From Roseibacillus sp. (GTDB taxonomy: Bacteria; Verrucomicrobiota; Verrucomicrobiia; Verrucomicrobiales; Akkermansiaceae), in contig JBPOGI010000001.1 of the NCBI GenBank assembly GCA_051251855.1, positions 1,056,001 through 1,120,000 of the forward strand: a stretch of DNA of 64,000 nucleotides, read 5' to 3'. The notes under the pieces are model-generated. The model had not been told where the DNA came from, did no database searches, and saw only the letters and a list, made by a program, of their open reading frames with translations. Below, piece after piece: positions 59,119-64,000 of the stretch. Both the position numbers and the translations under genes were made by a program. How positions within the stretch are numbered: the stretch's first letter is position 1; each line of letters opens with the position of its first letter.

Positions 59119-59874
59119 ATGAGCAAGTTCGCGGTCATTCTCTCTCTCATCTGCCTCCTCTTCGGAGGAATGCTGGGATACTCTCTCGCATACGGCAAAA
59201 TATTCCGCCACCTCAAAGAACAACGCCAACAATCCTTCCCAAGCCAACCTCCAGCGCCAACCCCTTCAAAAACCCTTCCCTCTGGTGCCGCGCCCTTCTG
59301 GCAAGTCATTGAAGAAGCGAGCGGAAACAAAGTTCTTCCTCTCGACAGCGTCTGCGAGTCTGTTCTTGATGCCATTGGACAAGCGGCCGATGCCACCTTG
59401 GAAAAACTCAACAGCCCCACCTCGCCCATTGTTGGTCTCCGGCGTATCAACGAGGCTTCCCGGCATTTTGAGGACTCATTGCTGATTCTCCTCGATGCTA
59501 GGCCCGACCTCCGTTGCCAAATTCCTCTCACTCGCGAAGGCAAAGCCCAACGCTCTGGCTACCCTGATCTTGTCATCACTCACATACCGACGGGGCGCAC
59601 TTACTACCTCGACCCCAAACTCTACGAAGCCTCTTCGCAAACTTCCAGTCTTCGCACCTTTTACTACACTCCTCGTTACGAGACTTCCAAAATCCTGAAG
59701 TCTGGCCATCATCTCCTCATCGGCTTCGCACACGATGGCAAAGATGGTCAATGGACCTTTCAATCTTGGAGACTCGTGGACCTCTCGAAGACTCACCTCA
59801 AGTTAAAGTCCGAATACAACTCGTCCAACAAGGACCTCTATCAAGAAGAGAACATTGTGAGGAACAGTCAGTAG
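59119..59874 (+). CDS. membrane-anchored PD-(D/E)xK restriction-endonuclease-like protein
   Basis: N-terminal TM (FAVILSLICLLFGGMLGY); GYPD-x14-DPK catalytic-like motif; ATG at 59119. Confidence 0.6.
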   Translation: MSKFAVILSLICLLFGGMLGYSLAYGKIFRHLKEQRQQSFPSQPPAPTPSKTLPSGAAPFWQVIEEASGNKVLPLDSVCESVLDAIGQAADATLEKLNSPTSPIVGLRRINEASRHFEDSLLILLDARPDLRCQIPLTREGKAQRSGYPDLVITHIPTGRTYYLDPKLYEASSQTSSLRTFYYTPRYETSKILKSGHHLLIGFAHDGKDGQWTFQSWRLVDLSKTHLKLKSEYNSSNKDLYQEENIVRNSQ

Positions 59875-59939
59875 AGAAGCGGAAACACTCCTGCCGCCGA
59901 AAGCTTCACAGACAGGGACAGCAATGCCCCTGCTCCACT

Positions 59940-60320
59940 CTAGACCTTCACTGTCAACCAATCCCCGTTGGCCACAACCTCATAATCGGCTACCCCCAAC
60001 TGCCACTCGTAGATCCAACACTCTAACTCACATCCATCGTCCAATAGGACGACCGCCGACACTCTCTTATATTCATCGTTCCGTTCGTCTTCGATACCAA
60101 TTCCCTCGAACACATCGAGCTCCCCAATGGTCTGCTCATCCACCTCATAGACCTCGCCATTCACCTGACCATCCCCCTCTAACACCAGCCCAGGATACCA
60201 GTCCACTTTGACGAGAGTGCCTAGAACAGTAGCCTCGCCCACGAAGGTGGCTCTCTTCATCCGCCATGCATTCGAAGCTCCCTTTCGCAGTGCTCCGTAT
60301 ACGAAAACACGCGCGCTCAT
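59940..60320 (-). CDS. gamma-glutamylcyclotransferase (AIG2/YtfP-like)
   Basis: VFVYGALRKG, YPGL, GEVYEV, LD.FEG, Y.R; TAATG coupling to obgE. Confidence 0.9.
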   Translation of the reverse strand: MSARVFVYGALRKGASNAWRMKRATFVGEATVLGTLVKVDWYPGLVLEGDGQVNGEVYEVDEQTIGELDVFEGIGIEDERNDEYKRVSAVVLLDDGCELECWIYEWQLGVADYEVVANGDWLTVKV

Positions 60321-61402
60321 TACTTCTCTTCTGCAGTATCCTTAACGATGATAGAGTCTCGGGGTTGTTGACCCACTTCCTCACAAAGTCGTTTCTTTAG
60401 CTCTTCTAAGCCCTCTTCCTCTTTCGCCGAAATCGGAATAATCTCGACCTTAGGAAAACGCTGCTTCAGATACTCGAGATTCTGCGCCGATTCGGGAAGG
60501 TCCATCTTGTTGGCTAGAATCTTCCAAGGAAACTTCGCCAAGTCCTCGTCATACATTTTGATTTCGGTACGCAAGATCTGTAAATCCTCAATCGGGTCGC
60601 GGCCTTCTAGCCCCGACATATCGACCACGAACATCAGCAAGTGGCAGCGTGTGATATGCCGCAAAAACTCGTGCCCGAGACCCCGATTTTCGTGCGCTCC
60701 CTCGATCAGCCCCGGAATATCGGCAATGGTGCACCGCTTAAATCCTGGGAAATCAATAACACCCACCGAAGGAGTCAGCGTTGTAAACGGATAGCTCCCA
60801 ATCTTCGGCTTGTTGGCCGACAACGCTCCTACAAGAGTCGATTTTCCAGCATTGGGAAACCCTACCAAACCCACATCAGCAATGCGACGAAGCTCTAAAA
60901 AATAGACCCCCTGCTCGCCATCAGTACCCATCTCACGCTCTTCGGGTGTTTGATTGGTCGAACTCCGGAAATGCCAATTTCCCCGACCACCTTCACCTGG
61001 CTTACAAAGAACAATTCGGTCTCCCGTCTTCATCAGGTCAGCAATAGGTTCCGCATCGATACCTTCCCCGTGCTGCATCTCGAGAGCCTCCGCCACCGTC
61101 TTGGCATCGGTGCGATAAACGACCGTGCCAGGCGGGACTTTACCCACCGCAGGGCGCCCCCGTTTTCCGGTTTTCTTATACTTCTTCCCTGCTTCACCGT
61201 CTTGGGCAATGAGCTTGGGACTGTAAGAAAACGCCTTAAGATTATCAACGTGCTCGCTCACTTCGAGAACCACCTCGCCCCCATTAGCACCATCGCCTCC
61301 ATCCGGCCCCCCCTCGGGCACGAACTTTTCACGGCGGAAGGAAACAGCTCCATTTCCACCGTCGCCGGCTTTGCAGAAAATTCGAATACGGTCAACGAAC
61401 AT
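60320..61402 (-). CDS. obgE: GTPase ObgE/CgtA
   Basis: FVD...AGDGGNG..SFRREK, GFPNAGKST, YPFTT, DIPGLIEGA, NKMD, ISA. Confidence 0.98.
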   Translation of the reverse strand: MFVDRIRIFCKAGDGGNGAVSFRREKFVPEGGPDGGDGANGGEVVLEVSEHVDNLKAFSYSPKLIAQDGEAGKKYKKTGKRGRPAVGKVPPGTVVYRTDAKTVAEALEMQHGEGIDAEPIADLMKTGDRIVLCKPGEGGRGNWHFRSSTNQTPEEREMGTDGEQGVYFLELRRIADVGLVGFPNAGKSTLVGALSANKPKIGSYPFTTLTPSVGVIDFPGFKRCTIADIPGLIEGAHENRGLGHEFLRHITRCHLLMFVVDMSGLEGRDPIEDLQILRTEIKMYDEDLAKFPWKILANKMDLPESAQNLEYLKQRFPKVEIIPISAKEEEGLEELKKRLCEEVGQQPRDSIIVKDTAEEK

Positions 61403-61481
61403 GCCCTTCCATGCGCCAAGACCCGTCCAGATGCAATTCTGTTCTCGCTTGCACCGCTTTCATTCCGAGGCACCTTGCTCA

Positions 61482-62729
61482 ATGTTTGCCCACACTCGCG
61501 AAGCAGCTCTCGCTCAGCTCCAAGATTTTATTCCCGCTTCCGGCAAGTATTCCCGCGACCGAAACCACGTTTCCCCCTATCAAAATCCCAACGTCTCTCG
61601 TCTCTCACCCGCCATTCGCCATCGACTCATCACTGAAGAAGAAGCGGCCGCAGCCCCCCTCGTCCGCTACGCACCCTCCACCCTCGAGAAATACACCCAA
61701 GAAGTCTATTGGCGCCGCTATTGGAAATCCTGGCTCTCGCTCCGTCCTCAAGTCTGGCACGAATATCTCGCTGAGCACTCCTCAATCCAACTTTCCGGAA
61801 CCGACCAGATACGTTACCAGCAAGCAATCGTCGGCAAATCAGGGCTCGCCATCATGGACCTTTTCACACGTGAATTGTTAGAGACCGGCTACCTCCACAA
61901 TCATGCTCGGATGTGGTGGGCTGGTTGGTGGATTCATGTTGCACGTCTCCCATGGCAACTTGGCGCCGATTTTTTCTACCAAAACCTGCTCGATGCCGAC
62001 CCAGCTTCCAACACTCTTTCGTGGCGTTGGGTGGCCGGACTACAGACTCCTGGAAAAGCCTATCTCCCTCGTCGTAGCAACTTAGCAAAGTATCTCCCCG
62101 CCGAAGTTCTCACCGAGCATTCCTCCGGATTAGAAAAACTAGAACACCCGCAACCCTTCCTTCCCGCCGAAATTCCACCCAAACCTTCCGTCACGCAACC
62201 AGACTTGGAACCCTCCCGATTCAAGGCAGACTTAAAAACAGTCTTCCTCATCCACGAAGAAGACCTGTCTCCCGAGACGAGCCCCGCTCTAAATCACGCC
62301 TTCGACGAAATCTGGTGCCTCGCCGACCGCAATAATTGGAAAAACTACCAATACTCTGCACTTAAAAAAACATGGACGGAATCGGCACTCAAAGACGCCC
62401 AAGCAAGGACATGTCAGAACTTTCCGAATACCACTCTGCGAGCAGACATTCTCACCCTTGAAGCAGAGAACATTATCTCTGAACTCAAGGATTCCGAGGT
62501 TCAACAAATTTCCACCCTACGTCCAGAAGTAGGCCGCCTCGCAACCTCCCTTGAGAGCCTCTCAAAACTCTGGCAAGAGTCCGGCGGCTTCTGGCACTGG
62601 ATTGACCGGCCTGAAGACCTCACTCTTAGACCCTTAGCCACCGCGGGCTTCTTTGGTTTTTGGAAAAAGGTTCAGTCTAAAGGACTTCTGCCGTCCAAAG
62701 AAGCCGACTCGCAGGCCGAACTCCTCTAG
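61482..62729 (+). CDS. photolyase/cryptochrome-family FAD-binding protein with inverted domain order
   Basis: VSRLSP.IRH, QEVYWR.YW, TGYLHNHARM, LLDAD.ASN..SWRWVAG in the N-terminal half; alpha/beta-like C-terminal half; ATG at 61482. Confidence 0.85.
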   Translation: MFAHTREAALAQLQDFIPASGKYSRDRNHVSPYQNPNVSRLSPAIRHRLITEEEAAAAPLVRYAPSTLEKYTQEVYWRRYWKSWLSLRPQVWHEYLAEHSSIQLSGTDQIRYQQAIVGKSGLAIMDLFTRELLETGYLHNHARMWWAGWWIHVARLPWQLGADFFYQNLLDADPASNTLSWRWVAGLQTPGKAYLPRRSNLAKYLPAEVLTEHSSGLEKLEHPQPFLPAEIPPKPSVTQPDLEPSRFKADLKTVFLIHEEDLSPETSPALNHAFDEIWCLADRNNWKNYQYSALKKTWTESALKDAQARTCQNFPNTTLRADILTLEAENIISELKDSEVQQISTLRPEVGRLATSLESLSKLWQESGGFWHWIDRPEDLTLRPLATAGFFGFWKKVQSKGLLPSKEADSQAELL

Positions 62730-64000
62730 GGGCTGACAGCCTCAATGGCATCTTCGACCACTCCCTCAGGAACTTCGTCGGTGAAGAACGCCTGATCCTC
62801 TGCCGGCAGATTCTTCTTCCATGCTTCCGCTCCATCAGCATCGTCACCATTCCACTCGTCATACAGCCGAGTATAATTTTGTTTTCGCTGGTCCTCATCC
62901 AGAATCTGCCCGAACCATTCTGCCGAGCGCTCATACTCATCATTATGCATCAGCTGATTACCAGAGTCTCGGAAAACCGCATCGGTCTTGAATTCATCAG
63001 GCTGACCCGCGAGCCACTTCGCAGCCTCAGCTTCATCTTGCCGAACCCAATTGCCGAACGTGCTGGAAATCTCATCTCCCGCATTTTCTTTCCCTTTCAA
63101 ATCCTCACTCATGTGCTCAATCGCCGCCTTGGGGTCCGAGTGCGACCACATGGAGGTCGCGTTTTGCGTCAGTTCCACCTTGGTTTCCGCATCCAGATTT
63201 TCACTCTCGATGAATGCAAGCGCTCCCTTGGGATCCTGCCACGCCATCTGTTGCACAATACTCTGCCGCGCGTCTTTCAAGAGCGAATCGTCACCACTCT
63301 GTTTCAAGTAATCAAGGAGCTCCGTCCGGCGCTCTTCATCCATTCCTGCTGATTGAGCAAGTTGCTGAATGACCGCCTTCTGGGTTTTACTCTCCATTCC
63401 ATCGAGCTGAGCCATCGTGCCTTCGAAGTCGGTCTTCGCTTTACTCGCAAAATACATCGCTTCAAATTGCGCCTTCCCCATCCCCATCGCACCACCACCC
63501 AGGCGGTCTCCATTTTCTTGGAACCACGCATAGGCCTGTTCGGGATCGGTTCGCATCCAACCCATCATCGCTCCCATCGCGTTTATATTTTGCATCATCC
63601 CCTTATCCCCCTCAAAGACATTCTCCATCGCGGCAGGGCCGTCTTTCGCTGCCCAGCGGTTTAACAGCATCATGCGCACCGCCATCATCTCCTGACCGCC
63701 TCCCATCTCATCCAACCCAGCCATCAGGGCTTCCAACTCATAAGCGTCTAGATACTGCACCATGTCCCAAATCCCAAACATCGCTTCGAAGTCCATCTGC
63801 GACATCGGCGATTGACGTAATTCTTCAATGAGGGTCTCCAGCCCCGCTCGCGGATTCCGCGACAGTTCATACCCTCGGATATTCGGTTCCACCGATCGTC
63901 CACCCAAGCCAAGCCCCTTCGCCGGAGTAGTAGCCCCTCCCGACTTGGAACTGAACACTTCAACGCTCTCTCCGTCGTCCCCCCCTCCCGAACCTTTTCC
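62726..64000 (-). CDS. hypothetical alpha-helical repeat protein (5' end outside window)
   Basis: Frame open to the window edge; repeated W...DP..A..W motifs. Confidence 0.75.
   Translation of the reverse strand, partial: GKGSGGGDDGESVEVFSSKSGGATTPAKGLGLGGRSVEPNIRGYELSRNPRAGLETLIEELRQSPMSQMDFEAMFGIWDMVQYLDAYELEALMAGLDEMGGGQEMMAVRMMLLNRWAAKDGPAAMENVFEGDKGMMQNINAMGAMMGWMRTDPEQAYAWFQENGDRLGGGAMGMGKAQFEAMYFASKAKTDFEGTMAQLDGMESKTQKAVIQQLAQSAGMDEERRTELLDYLKQSGDDSLLKDARQSIVQQMAWQDPKGALAFIESENLDAETKVELTQNATSMWSHSDPKAAIEHMSEDLKGKENAGDEISSTFGNWVRQDEAEAAKWLAGQPDEFKTDAVFRDSGNQLMHNDEYERSAEWFGQILDEDQRKQNYTRLYDEWNGDDADGAEAWKKNLPAEDQAFFTDEVPEGVVEDAIEAVSP

Overview
Chromosomal window, probably from a Verrucomicrobiota bacterium (inferred from gene content and family styles, not from a search). 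It holds about 45 protein genes and 2 tRNAs. Housekeeping loci include a MoxR-DUF58-VWA operon, dnaA-dnaN, exbBD-TPR, uvrC, dsbD, pyrD, parA-mreBCD-pbp2-rne/rng, clpB and obgE. It also holds a porin/FMN-binding/PepSY/ApbE flavinylation operon behind a Fur-like operator and four very large secreted multidomain proteins. Main observations: (1) the + strand is G-rich on the left and C-rich on the right regardless of gene strand, and an 11-6-11 dif-like site sits in the switch zone (36197-36224), so dnaA-dnaN and parA-mreBCD seem to lie at the replication terminus rather than the origin; (2) a membrane/coiled-coil gene has an in-frame TGA (17659-17661) followed by a bacterial-SECIS-like hairpin; (3) a BlaI/CopY repressor is fused to a 125-aa histone-H1-like tail with its own in-frame ATG; (4) three unrelated secreted proteins share a C-terminal domain (DADGDG..E / S-x-DL / K[QE]F[FI]R) that looks like a lineage-specific sorting signal. 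All calls are by-eye motif recognition; no searches or computations were run.
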